Assembly: GCA_964569605.1 (NCBI GenBank)
Contig: CAZMUJ010000088.1
Span: 6,281 to 70,280 of the forward strand
Direction of reading: 5' to 3'
From: an uncultured Acidobacteriota bacterium
GTDB lineage: Bacteria > Acidobacteriota > UBA6911 > RPQK01 > CBDAPI01
Length of the DNA: 64,000 nucleotides
Both the position numbers and the translations under genes were made by a program. A model generated the notes under the pieces. The model made no database searches and was not told the DNA's origin. It saw nothing but the letters and a program-made list of their open reading frames with translations. This document shows, in pieces, positions 8,630 to 17,369 of this stretch (within the stretch, counting starts at the first letter, position 1; the number at the start of each line of letters is the position of its first letter).

Positions 8630-10942
8630 ATGCTCCTAAAGATCTTGCATTGGATTATTCTTTTTCCTATCCAGCTTTTTCTGCTGAGTACAACCCTTTT
8701 GACTGATCTTTTTGCACTGTTTACTAGACCATTGAACAGGTCTTTTCCTCAAACCACAATTTCTAATAAACAGTGCTCAATAATAATCTTAAACTGGAAT
8801 GGACTTGATCTACTCCAAGAATGTCTTCCTTCCTTAATTAGAGCCGTAGAAAAAGACGGAGGCGATCACGAAATTCTAATTGTTGATAATGGGAGCTCAG
8901 ATAAGAGCATAGATTGGATTAACCAACACTTCCCTGAATTAGTGACTATCAACCTTGAGAAGAATTTGGGTTTTGGAGAAGGAAACAATCGGGGTGTGGC
9001 CGCTGCCAGCAAAGAAATTGTTGTACTTCTAAATAACGATATGATCGTTAACCCTAACTTTTTAAAGCCTTTATTAGAACCATTTACAGCACCTGATGTT
9101 TTCGCCGTTAGTAGCCAGATCTTTCATCCATCAAATAGGAAACGTGAAGAGACTGGAAACACTTCTGGATGGTTAGCAGGGGGCTACCTACACCTCGCTC
9201 ATGAGTTAATTCAAAAGTATCATTGCACTCGTAGATTTCTTCCTGTGCTTTGGGCTGGTGGTGGGTCTTCTGCTTTTCGAAGAGACTATTTTCTCAAGCT
9301 TGGCGGATTTTCTTCTATTTTTTCGCCATGCTACGTTGAAGATACTGATCTATCTTACCGGGCTTGGAGAAGAGGCCTACGCGTATTATTTTCATCAGAA
9401 AGTACAGTTATTCACAAACATCGAAGTACTACCTCCAGGATTTTTCAGAGTAAAAAGATTACAGAGATGATTGAGCAGAGAAAGCTTTTGTACCTTTGGA
9501 AGAACTACGAACTAAAAACTCTCATTTCTCATTTTTGTCTTTTCCCCTTTCTGATTTCTCAGACGATGAGTCTAAAAAGCTATGTAAAAACTCTATTTAA
9601 GGCTCCAAGGGTCTTTTTTCTTCGCTCCCGTGAACCTTTTAGAACCTACAAAGAAAAACAGTTTCTGGAGTGGATACAACGTCCTATAACTTATCTGAAT
9701 TATTTTACTCCTCTCCGACGTTTCCCAGTAAAACTTCGTTATCCTAAGATCCTAATTGTTAGTGCTTATCTCCCTCATCTTGGAAAACATGGTGGAGCTG
9801 GACGTGTTTTTCAACTAATTAAACAACTTTCTGACCAGTACAGATTCACTATCGTATGTTTTGTAGAAAATAAAAATGAGTTGAAGGAAGTAGAACAGAT
9901 TCGTCCCTATTGTGAACACATTGAAACAGTTTTAAGAAGGGAGTATGAACCAATTTCTCCTTATCCCTATGAACCTTTTGAGGAGTTTTATTGCGCTAAT
10001 TTCCGGCAAGTACTAGAAATGGTTCTTACTGAAAAAGACTTTGATTTAGTCCACTTTGAATGGACGCAAATGGCTCAATATGAAAGTTTAGTACCCCATT
10101 TCCCCAAAGTCCTTACAGAAATTGAGGTGAACTGGGCTGCCCATCAAACCTTAATCTCACTCGAAAGCAATCCATTTCGACAAATCCAACGTTACTACAA
10201 TACCCTCCAAACCCTAAATCGAGAATTACAATTATGTCGAAAGATGGATAATGTCATCTGTGTTACTAAAACCGATTCTTCTTACTTAGAAGGTTTTCTT
10301 CCAAAAAAAAAGATACAAGTTCTTAACACTGGGGTTGATACGAAGTATTTCACTCCTTCACCTTCCCATAGAATACGCCCGAATACACTACTTTATGTTG
10401 GAGCATTTCGGCACCAACCAAATGTAGATGCAATGTTGTACTTTAATGAATTGATATTTCCTCAAATCCAAAAGTACAGACCAAATGTCCATCTTTATAT
10501 CGTTGGATCTTCCCCTCCAAATGAAATCAAGAGACTTGCCAACCTACCAAACATTACAGTAACTGGTTTTGTAGAAGACATCCGCGACTATTATGCTCAA
10601 GCCCAAGTAGTAATCGTCCCGTTGAGAACTGGGGTCGGTATTCGAGGAAAAATATTGGAAGGATGGGCAGCAGGAAAAGCCATGGTAGCTACCTCTGTAG
10701 CTTGCCTGGGAATACGTGCCACACATGGAGAAAATATTTTGATTGCTGATGAACCAAAAGATTTTTCACGCTGTACTACTACTCTATTAGGTTCCCCCGA
10801 TTATTGTTTGAAGCTTGGATTAGCTGGTCGAAAAGCTGCTACAAATTATTATGAATGGGACAATGTGTCGGTTAAATTGAGGGATATATATAAGAGAACT
10901 AATAAAAACTTTTACCAATCCAGAGACAGAACAAACAAATGA
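8630..10942 (+). CDS. Bifunctional glycosyltransferase: N-terminal GT2-like domain fused to C-terminal GT4-like (GT-B) domain, 770 aa
   Basis: The N-terminus has an N-terminal hydrophobic segment, then IIILNWNGLDLLQECL ... LIVDNGSSDKS ... LNNDMIV (a GT2 DxD-type fold). The C-terminus has LLYVGAFRHQPNVDAML ... IVGSSPP ... VVIVPLRTGVGIRGKILEGWAAGKAMVAT (the GT4 EX7E region). Confidence 0.7.
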   Translation: MLLKILHWIILFPIQLFLLSTTLLTDLFALFTRPLNRSFPQTTISNKQCSIIILNWNGLDLLQECLPSLIRAVEKDGGDHEILIVDNGSSDKSIDWINQHFPELVTINLEKNLGFGEGNNRGVAAASKEIVVLLNNDMIVNPNFLKPLLEPFTAPDVFAVSSQIFHPSNRKREETGNTSGWLAGGYLHLAHELIQKYHCTRRFLPVLWAGGGSSAFRRDYFLKLGGFSSIFSPCYVEDTDLSYRAWRRGLRVLFSSESTVIHKHRSTTSRIFQSKKITEMIEQRKLLYLWKNYELKTLISHFCLFPFLISQTMSLKSYVKTLFKAPRVFFLRSREPFRTYKEKQFLEWIQRPITYLNYFTPLRRFPVKLRYPKILIVSAYLPHLGKHGGAGRVFQLIKQLSDQYRFTIVCFVENKNELKEVEQIRPYCEHIETVLRREYEPISPYPYEPFEEFYCANFRQVLEMVLTEKDFDLVHFEWTQMAQYESLVPHFPKVLTEIEVNWAAHQTLISLESNPFRQIQRYYNTLQTLNRELQLCRKMDNVICVTKTDSSYLEGFLPKKKIQVLNTGVDTKYFTPSPSHRIRPNTLLYVGAFRHQPNVDAMLYFNELIFPQIQKYRPNVHLYIVGSSPPNEIKRLANLPNITVTGFVEDIRDYYAQAQVVIVPLRTGVGIRGKILEGWAAGKAMVATSVACLGIRATHGENILIADEPKDFSRCTTTLLGSPDYCLKLGLAGRKAATNYYEWDNVSVKLRDIYKRTNKNFYQSRDRTNK

Positions 10943-12315
10943 GATCGGCGACGATTCTTTTCATTCAAACAGAAGGTGTTCGCATTTCTCGAAGGGCACT
11001 TCAAACTCTCTGTTCTCATCAAGACTTAAAGAAGAACAAAGTCATAGTTTTGTGTCGTTCAGAGGACGCCATAGATCTAGGTAAAATAAATGGGATTCAC
11101 CGAATCTTTAAGTGGGAAAAGGGAAACTTTTTCAGTAACTGGATTATCTTGTTTACCTTGAAACGCCTTAACCCAAGTGTAGTTTCAGCCGTATTATCAA
11201 AAAGGGATGTCTATCGTAAAGCCAGGCTTTGTTTACTTCTTTTTTTCCGTCATCAAATCCTGGTTTTTGATTCATCCCTAAAATATTCCATAGGCAGAAT
11301 CAATAACCTCAGCATTCTCTCTAAGATATTTTATTTCAACCCGTTCAGTTCTAAGAAAAAACGTTACTCACGAATTCTAGTAGTGCAATCAGAACATCGT
11401 GCACTGGTAAGAAAATCTATTAAAAAATTGCTAGGTGCTGACCTCTATCCAGAAGCATGCTTAGATCTCCTTTGTAAAGAGCAGGACATGGTCTCACTGA
11501 GTTCTCTTCCGGGAATAAAAGTAGTCCACAACTTTCCGAAACACCTGTTTACCTGGATTCTCCTAGCAAGAAAAATCAGAAAAAGAAAACCTGATTTCAT
11601 CAATATCATTTTTTCAGGTCGTCCAGTATTCTCATTTCACAAACTTTTTATTTTCCTGGTCTTCCCATTTCGTTCCAAACTTATTTTCAACGCCGGTCTA
11701 GATTGCTACTGGTTTAATCCTAGAAGCCTTCCAAACTTATTTCGAAAAGAACCTCTCCTCATTGAGTCTAAAGGTGGACAACAAGCACAAGCACTTCTAA
11801 TTCAAACAGAATCAACATCCAATACTCTTAAGGCTCTTCATCATCTCCTTTCTCACACTACCATTCCAAAAGAAAACATCTTCCTCCTTTGTAGTACTAA
11901 AGACCGACATCATTATCTTTCCCTGATACCTGAAGAAAATTTAGATTGCTGGACATCTAATCATTCAATTAATAACTACAGACTCTTCATCAAGCTTCTC
12001 AAAAGTCATAATATCGTTGCAGCAGTTTTATCTGGACGTCCCATTTTCCGTCTACAAAAGCTATTATTTTTTCTTCTGCCCGCTCGAGAAAGATTGGTTT
12101 ACAACGAAAATCTTGACTACTTCTATATTCGCCGTAGTTCGTTAGGGAGATCTCTTCAACTTCCCAGCATTCCTTTTTCTTTTTGCACTCAAAGGAAAAA
12201 ACTATCAATCCGTAAGGCGGGAAAATTTATTCTTTGGACTCCACGCTTTTTCTATCTTCTTTGTTGGATAGCTTTTGAGAAAGTCAAAAGCGCTAAACGG
12301 TTAGCAAAAACTTAA
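10939..12315 (+). CDS. Hypothetical protein with three tandem ~115-aa repeats; start overlaps the upstream glycosyltransferase stop (ATGA)
   Basis: The three internal repeats are ILFIQTEGV...LC...VSAVLSKRD, ILVVQSEHR...IIFSGRPVF...LDCYWF and LLIQTESTS...LC...AAVLSGRPIF...LDYFY. Its ATG at 10939 overlaps the TGA of the upstream gene at 10940-10942. Confidence 0.5.
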   Translation: MRSATILFIQTEGVRISRRALQTLCSHQDLKKNKVIVLCRSEDAIDLGKINGIHRIFKWEKGNFFSNWIILFTLKRLNPSVVSAVLSKRDVYRKARLCLLLFFRHQILVFDSSLKYSIGRINNLSILSKIFYFNPFSSKKKRYSRILVVQSEHRALVRKSIKKLLGADLYPEACLDLLCKEQDMVSLSSLPGIKVVHNFPKHLFTWILLARKIRKRKPDFINIIFSGRPVFSFHKLFIFLVFPFRSKLIFNAGLDCYWFNPRSLPNLFRKEPLLIESKGGQQAQALLIQTESTSNTLKALHHLLSHTTIPKENIFLLCSTKDRHHYLSLIPEENLDCWTSNHSINNYRLFIKLLKSHNIVAAVLSGRPIFRLQKLLFFLLPARERLVYNENLDYFYIRRSSLGRSLQLPSIPFSFCTQRKKLSIRKAGKFILWTPRFFYLLCWIAFEKVKSAKRLAKT

Positions 12316-12329
12316 TTCAAACTTATAGT

Positions 12330-12740
12330 CTAATCAGGTGCAATAAAACTTTGAAGAGGGTCAGGAGAAGCATGGAGATGTGTTAACTTCCATTCATCCT
12401 CCTCCTTCTGAAAAATCTCTGTCCATCGCCCATTCTCCCTTAGTAACTTTCCAGCAACTTGATAAGCCAAGAGGTATTGAGAGGTAATCCAAGCCACCTC
12501 GTCCTTAACCTCTATTTGAATATTAGATGTAAAGAAAGTCAATTCGGAAAGTTTCCCAAAATAGTGCTGCAGAGTGTTCTCAAAGGTTTTGAAGTCAGAA
12601 AAACGAGGAGGGGGAACTGTGTTGAAAACAATAGCCTCTTCGGCATAAATGGCACGCAATCCACTAAGGTCTTTCTGCTCCCAAGCCTTTACATGCTTTC
12701 TATGCAGGTCAAGTAAATCGTCTCTTATATTGTTCCGCAT
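12330..12740 (-). CDS. SnoaL-like / NTF2-like (DUF4440-type) small protein
   Basis: 136 aa with the pattern KHVKAWEQKDLSGLRAIYAEEAIVFNT ... VAWITSQYLLAYQVAGKLLRENGRWTEIFQKEEDEWKLTH, typical of the ketosteroid-isomerase/NTF2-like fold. Confidence 0.5.
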   Translation of the reverse strand: MRNNIRDDLLDLHRKHVKAWEQKDLSGLRAIYAEEAIVFNTVPPPRFSDFKTFENTLQHYFGKLSELTFFTSNIQIEVKDEVAWITSQYLLAYQVAGKLLRENGRWTEIFQKEEDEWKLTHLHASPDPLQSFIAPD

Positions 12741-13286
12741 AACCTATTAATAAACTTGATCTTAGCAGATATATAGTTCCCAATTCAAATGTCTAGCATA
12801 GAGCGATAAAGGTCAAAACAACAAAGAAATTCTACATGCCATCCATTCTTTAAAACTTTTAATGTCAACATCAAAATAGTTCCTATTATCAAGATAGGAG
12901 ATTTCTCAAACACTTCTAAACAGCAAAAATTTAACAGTATAAATATTATCTAGTGAAGTCTTGATAATTAAATTTCAAGCAGAAGTATTAGATCAGTGGC
13001 AAGAATCAAAGAGGATCTTTTTGTTGGCATCATTGAAGTCAAAATACAGGGAAATAATTGTAGGATGTTCTGGTAACATAACATAGAATTGCAGACGGAT
13101 TTCCTAGATCTTAAACCTGGGCTAGGGATAAACGAATCAGCTAAATAAAGTATCCCACGCTATGGAAACACTTCGCAGAAAACTCCATAATTATTAAATC
13201 AAAGAAGCAATGGAGATAGACAATCTTCAAAAAATAAGTGGCAAGAAAAAGGTAGTTGACTAGAAATAGTAGGATTTTCTTAAATC

Positions 13287-14171
13287 ATGCTCAAACAATT
13301 CAGCCGAGAGCAAGTTTCTAAAATTCTAAAGATCAAGAATGGTCGACTTAAATATTGGGACCGACTTAACCTAGTAAAACCAAGTCTTCGTCAAGGTGGA
13401 AAGGTATTTTACGACTTTCAGGATCTCATATGCCTTCGTACTGTAAAAAACATTATCGAAAAAGGTGTTGCTGCCACTCATCTAAATCGGAGCGTAGCAG
13501 TGCTGATCAAACGATTTCCACAGAAGGAATACCAACTAAGCAATCTTCGAGTATTTGCTCTCGGTGAGCGTATTATTGCATCAAAAGGAAATCAATTGCT
13601 CGACAGCCTATCCGGACAATACCTTCTAGCCCTCGATTGGGATAGTGTTAGGAGCGAAGTACGGGAGCGAGTTGATTTATTTGCCGGAACTCGTGAAGCC
13701 GACGAATGGTATAAAGAGGGACTCAATTATGATTTGGATCCCTCAACTCATGAACGAGCACTTCACGCCTATCGTCAGGCCATCAAATTAGATCCATCCC
13801 ACGAGAACGCATTCATTAACCTAGGAATACTTTACTATCGTAGACGAAATTACAATCAAGCAGAGCGTAGCTATAAAAAAGCACTAGAAATCAACCCTAG
13901 CAATCCTGTGACCCTATTTCAATTGGGCCTTGTTTCTGAGGAAAACAACCATAAAAAGAAAGCATTTGACTATTACGAACGAGCTCTTTCAAAGAAATAT
14001 AGTTTCCCTGAAGCTCATTATCAATTGGCTGGATTGGCTGAAAAATTAAACCATCTTGAAAAGGCAATTATTCACTGGAAAGCTTATCTTGAATTCGACA
14101 AGACGACTCTTCATGGCCGGATCGCCCATAAGAGAATTCAGGTCCTCAATACACGAATTTCAGGAGATTAG
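13287..14171 (+). CDS. MerR-type HTH domain fused to tetratricopeptide-repeat (TPR) domain
   Basis: The N-terminus (FSREQVSKILKIKNGRLKYWDRLNLVKPS...YDFQDLICLRTVKNI) is a MerR-like HTH. The C-terminus has TPR-like repeats (AYRQAIKLDPSHENAFINLGILYYRRRNYNQAERSYKKALEINPSNP...). Confidence 0.55.
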   Translation: MLKQFSREQVSKILKIKNGRLKYWDRLNLVKPSLRQGGKVFYDFQDLICLRTVKNIIEKGVAATHLNRSVAVLIKRFPQKEYQLSNLRVFALGERIIASKGNQLLDSLSGQYLLALDWDSVRSEVRERVDLFAGTREADEWYKEGLNYDLDPSTHERALHAYRQAIKLDPSHENAFINLGILYYRRRNYNQAERSYKKALEINPSNPVTLFQLGLVSEENNHKKKAFDYYERALSKKYSFPEAHYQLAGLAEKLNHLEKAIIHWKAYLEFDKTTLHGRIAHKRIQVLNTRISGD

Positions 14172-14226
14172 CCTTAAATTGTATAGTATGGAAGAATCAT
14201 TAAATGGCAATAACTAAAGGATATAA

Positions 14227-14880
14227 ATGATAAGTCATGCCATGGAGGACTACCTAAAAACTATATACCTGCTCGGTCGGAATGGGGAAAAAGTATCCAC
14301 TTCCGCGCTAGCTAAAAAATTAAATTGTTCTGCTGCTAGCGTAACCAATATGTTGCAAAAACTGGCATCGTTGAAGTTAGTACAGTATAAGCCTTATCAG
14401 GGCGTTAGATTAACCACAACCGGAAATCGAGTAGCTCTCGAAGTCCTTCGTCATCATCGTCTAATCGAACTATATTTAAAAGAAGTATTAGGATACAGCT
14501 GGGACAAGGTCCATGCTGAAGCTGAGCAACTCGAGCATGTGATCTCAGAGGAATTTGAAGAGCGTATTGATAAAGCGCTTGGTTACCCTACTCGAGATCC
14601 TCATGGCCATCCTATTCCACGTAAAGATGGAACAGTAATGGAAGAAAATCTATCTTCGTTGTGGCATGTAAATACGATGACTAATGTCTCAGTTGTTCGT
14701 GTAGAGGATAGGAACCCCTCCGTATTAAGGTATCTTGACGCTATGGGGATACATCCTGAGATAAAACTATATGTTCTCGAAAAAAGTCCTTTCAATGGGC
14801 CTATTCTGATAAGGCTAAATGGTGTTGAGCACAGCCTCAGTGAAGAACTAGCACGCCAGATTTATGTCAGGATAGAATGA
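14227..14880 (+). CDS. DtxR/MntR-family metal-dependent transcriptional regulator (Mn-type signature) with C-terminal FeoA/SH3-like domain
   Basis: The HTH is MEDYLKTIYLL...SALAKKLNCSAASVTNMLQKL. The metal-site region is RHHRLIELYL...VHAEAEQLEHVIS, with Glu at the DtxR Cys102 position. It has a C-terminal SH3-like domain, and its TGA overlaps the ATG of the next gene. Confidence 0.8.
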   Translation: MISHAMEDYLKTIYLLGRNGEKVSTSALAKKLNCSAASVTNMLQKLASLKLVQYKPYQGVRLTTTGNRVALEVLRHHRLIELYLKEVLGYSWDKVHAEAEQLEHVISEEFEERIDKALGYPTRDPHGHPIPRKDGTVMEENLSSLWHVNTMTNVSVVRVEDRNPSVLRYLDAMGIHPEIKLYVLEKSPFNGPILIRLNGVEHSLSEELARQIYVRIE

Positions 14881-16445
14881 AGATTCCCCTTACTCATATT
14901 CGCTTTCTTGAGCGAGCTGAGATTCAGTTCAGGAAAAAAACAGCCGTTATAGATGGTGACCAACGCTGGACTTACGCAGAATATGCTTCTCGATGCCGGC
15001 AAATGGCAAATATGCTTGAGAGCTTGAAACTCTCTCCGGGAGGGCGTGTCGCCTGTTTATCCTACAACACTCATCATCTACTAGAAGCCTATTACGGAGT
15101 TAACTTAGCCGGAGGTATCATCGTTCCTCTTAATGTTCGCCTCTGTCCCTCAGAGTATAAATTTATACTCAATGATTGCAAGGCTGAAGTTGTGCTCTTT
15201 CATCAAGATTTTTCACCTCTTTTGGAAGACATTGCTAATCATTTGGAATCAGTTCGCTATTTTATCTTGCTAGACAAAGCAGACCCTCCAAGATGGGCTT
15301 TCCCAGACTCTATAGAAAATATGCTAGAAAAAGAAGAGCAGAAATATAACTTTGATGTCATGCAGCAAAACGAAGATGCGGTTGCTTCTATTTTTTATAG
15401 CTCTGGAACCACAGGTCATCCCAAGGGCGTCATGCTTACCCATAGGAATCTTTATCTACATGCTCTAGAAGTAGGCCTTATGACAAAAGCTTCTGAGTCT
15501 GATGTAGTCCTTCATATTATCCCCCTTTTTCATGTAAACGGATGGGGATCTCCACAATACTTTACTTGTCTGGGAGCCACACATGTATTAATTCGAGATT
15601 TCGAAGTTGAAGCCATTTTCACAAAAATCCAACAATACAAAGTGACTACCTTCTCGCTGGTTCCCACTATGGCTGAATCTCTTATCAACCATAGATCACT
15701 TAGTCACTTCAATTTCACCTCCGTTCGCTTGGTAAAGATCGGAGGAGCCCCCTCAACTCCCGGGCTAATTCGTGCAGTGACAGAAGTTTTTGATTGCGAC
15801 TGTTTTGCTGGTTATGGACTTACTGAAACTGCTCCGGTTCTTACAATGGCAACTCCTAAGGTCTATCTTGATCTCACCCATGAACAAGAATTCATACTTA
15901 AGTCCAAGGCTGGATACCCAATCCCAGGGGTACATCTAAATTTGATCGATAGTGATGGAAACTCCCTGCCCTGGAATGGACGCACGATTGGAGAACTCTT
16001 GATTCGATCAGATGGAGCGATGGCAGGATACTGGAATCATCGGGAAGCTACTCGCGCAATCTTTGAGGGAGGATGGCTCCACACCGGTGATCTGGCCACT
16101 ATCGACTCAGATGGATGTGTCCATATCGTAGACCGTAAAAAAGATATCATTATCAGTGGAGGAGAAAACATCTCTTCAGTTGAAATTGAGAGAGAAATTC
16201 TTTCTCATCCTAAGATCTTAGAATGTGTTGTTGTTGCAGTGCCGGATTCTAGATGGGGAGAGGTCCCTAAAGCCCTTGTAATCCTAAAACCAGGTGTGTC
16301 GCTTAGTGCGGAAGAGATAATCGATTATAGTCGTAAAAAACTTGCCAGTTTTAAAGTCCCAAAGAGTATTGAATTTCATGAAAGCTTCCCCAAAGGAGGA
16401 ACTGGTAAAATCCTCAAAAAAGATCTACGTCAGAAATATTGGTAA
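14877..16445 (+). CDS. AMP-binding enzyme: fatty-acid/acyl-CoA ligase family
   Basis: Contains the adenylate-forming superfamily motifs YSSGTTGHPKGVMLTHRN, GYGLTET and WLHTGDLATIDSDGCVHIVDRKKD. Confidence 0.85.
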   Translation: MKIPLTHIRFLERAEIQFRKKTAVIDGDQRWTYAEYASRCRQMANMLESLKLSPGGRVACLSYNTHHLLEAYYGVNLAGGIIVPLNVRLCPSEYKFILNDCKAEVVLFHQDFSPLLEDIANHLESVRYFILLDKADPPRWAFPDSIENMLEKEEQKYNFDVMQQNEDAVASIFYSSGTTGHPKGVMLTHRNLYLHALEVGLMTKASESDVVLHIIPLFHVNGWGSPQYFTCLGATHVLIRDFEVEAIFTKIQQYKVTTFSLVPTMAESLINHRSLSHFNFTSVRLVKIGGAPSTPGLIRAVTEVFDCDCFAGYGLTETAPVLTMATPKVYLDLTHEQEFILKSKAGYPIPGVHLNLIDSDGNSLPWNGRTIGELLIRSDGAMAGYWNHREATRAIFEGGWLHTGDLATIDSDGCVHIVDRKKDIIISGGENISSVEIEREILSHPKILECVVVAVPDSRWGEVPKALVILKPGVSLSAEEIIDYSRKKLASFKVPKSIEFHESFPKGGTGKILKKDLRQKYW

Positions 16446-16554
16446 TTCAATATTGACCACTTAATCTAATTAACTACAATAGGATTTACTTTTCACAATC
16501 AGTCTAAATAGTTTTTAATATCTTCAGCTCCAAAATCCTCATATCTAAAGCTTT

Positions 16555-17202
16555 ATGGAAAAGGTGTTTTTTATCGACCGAAAACGTCCTACTGACACAC
16601 TCCCATATGCTGTAAAAATAATTAGACAAGGTGGAATTGTCTTATCTTCTACCGACACAGTCTATGGACTAGCCTGTGACCCACATCAGCCAGATGGTGT
16701 CAAAAAAATACAGGAACTTAAAAAAAGACCTGCAGAGAAGGGCTTTCTTCTGCTGATTCCAACACCAGATTGGGTGGACAAACTAGCAAGTAGAGTCCCT
16801 AAATACTACTTGAATCTAAAACAATTTTGGCCAGGTCCTTTAACGTTATTGTTACCAGCAGGACCTAATGTACCAAAATCGATAGTCAGCTCTGATGAAA
16901 AGGTTGGAATACGATGTCCAGATCATTTTTTTTTGAAAAGTTGGCTTGAATATCTTGGTCACCCTCTTCTCTCCACAAGTGCCAACCTGTCCGGGGAAAA
17001 GTTACTAACTACGATAACCGATCTGAGAGAGACATTTGAACACTCTGTTGATCTACTTATATTCGACAACGAAGAAGATCAAACCGAAGCATCAACAGTT
17101 GTCGACCTGACAGTTGACCCACCACAAATTATCCGTCCAGGAAAGCTTGCTAATCGAGTGCAAAAGGTGCTGAAAAAAATAATTCAAGAAAATATTAGAT
17201 AG
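16555..17202 (+). CDS. tsaC: L-threonylcarbamoyladenylate synthase (TsaC/YrdC family)
   Basis: YrdC-domain pattern (GGIVLSSTDTVYGLACDPHQPDGVKKIQELKKRP ... LLSTSANLSGE). Confidence 0.75.
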   Translation: MEKVFFIDRKRPTDTLPYAVKIIRQGGIVLSSTDTVYGLACDPHQPDGVKKIQELKKRPAEKGFLLLIPTPDWVDKLASRVPKYYLNLKQFWPGPLTLLLPAGPNVPKSIVSSDEKVGIRCPDHFFLKSWLEYLGHPLLSTSANLSGEKLLTTITDLRETFEHSVDLLIFDNEEDQTEASTVVDLTVDPPQIIRPGKLANRVQKVLKKIIQENIR

Positions 17203-17369
17203 ACGTTTAATAATTCTAACTCTTAATCAATCGATCAAGCTGCATAATATTTACTATCCTTTACCTTCACTTAAATCTTCGATCGGTCAGTTCATCATTA
17301 CCAACTAAATTTCCTTTTAATTGTCTCAAAATCCAGAAGGAGCTCGCTATCCGCTTAGTTAAACAGCAG

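Noticed and set aside
8221-8639. 66-aa ORF (8439..8639) in the region upstream of the GT2-GT4 gene
   Set aside because: It overlaps the glycosyltransferase start, has no motif, and is likely part of a promoter/5' UTR.
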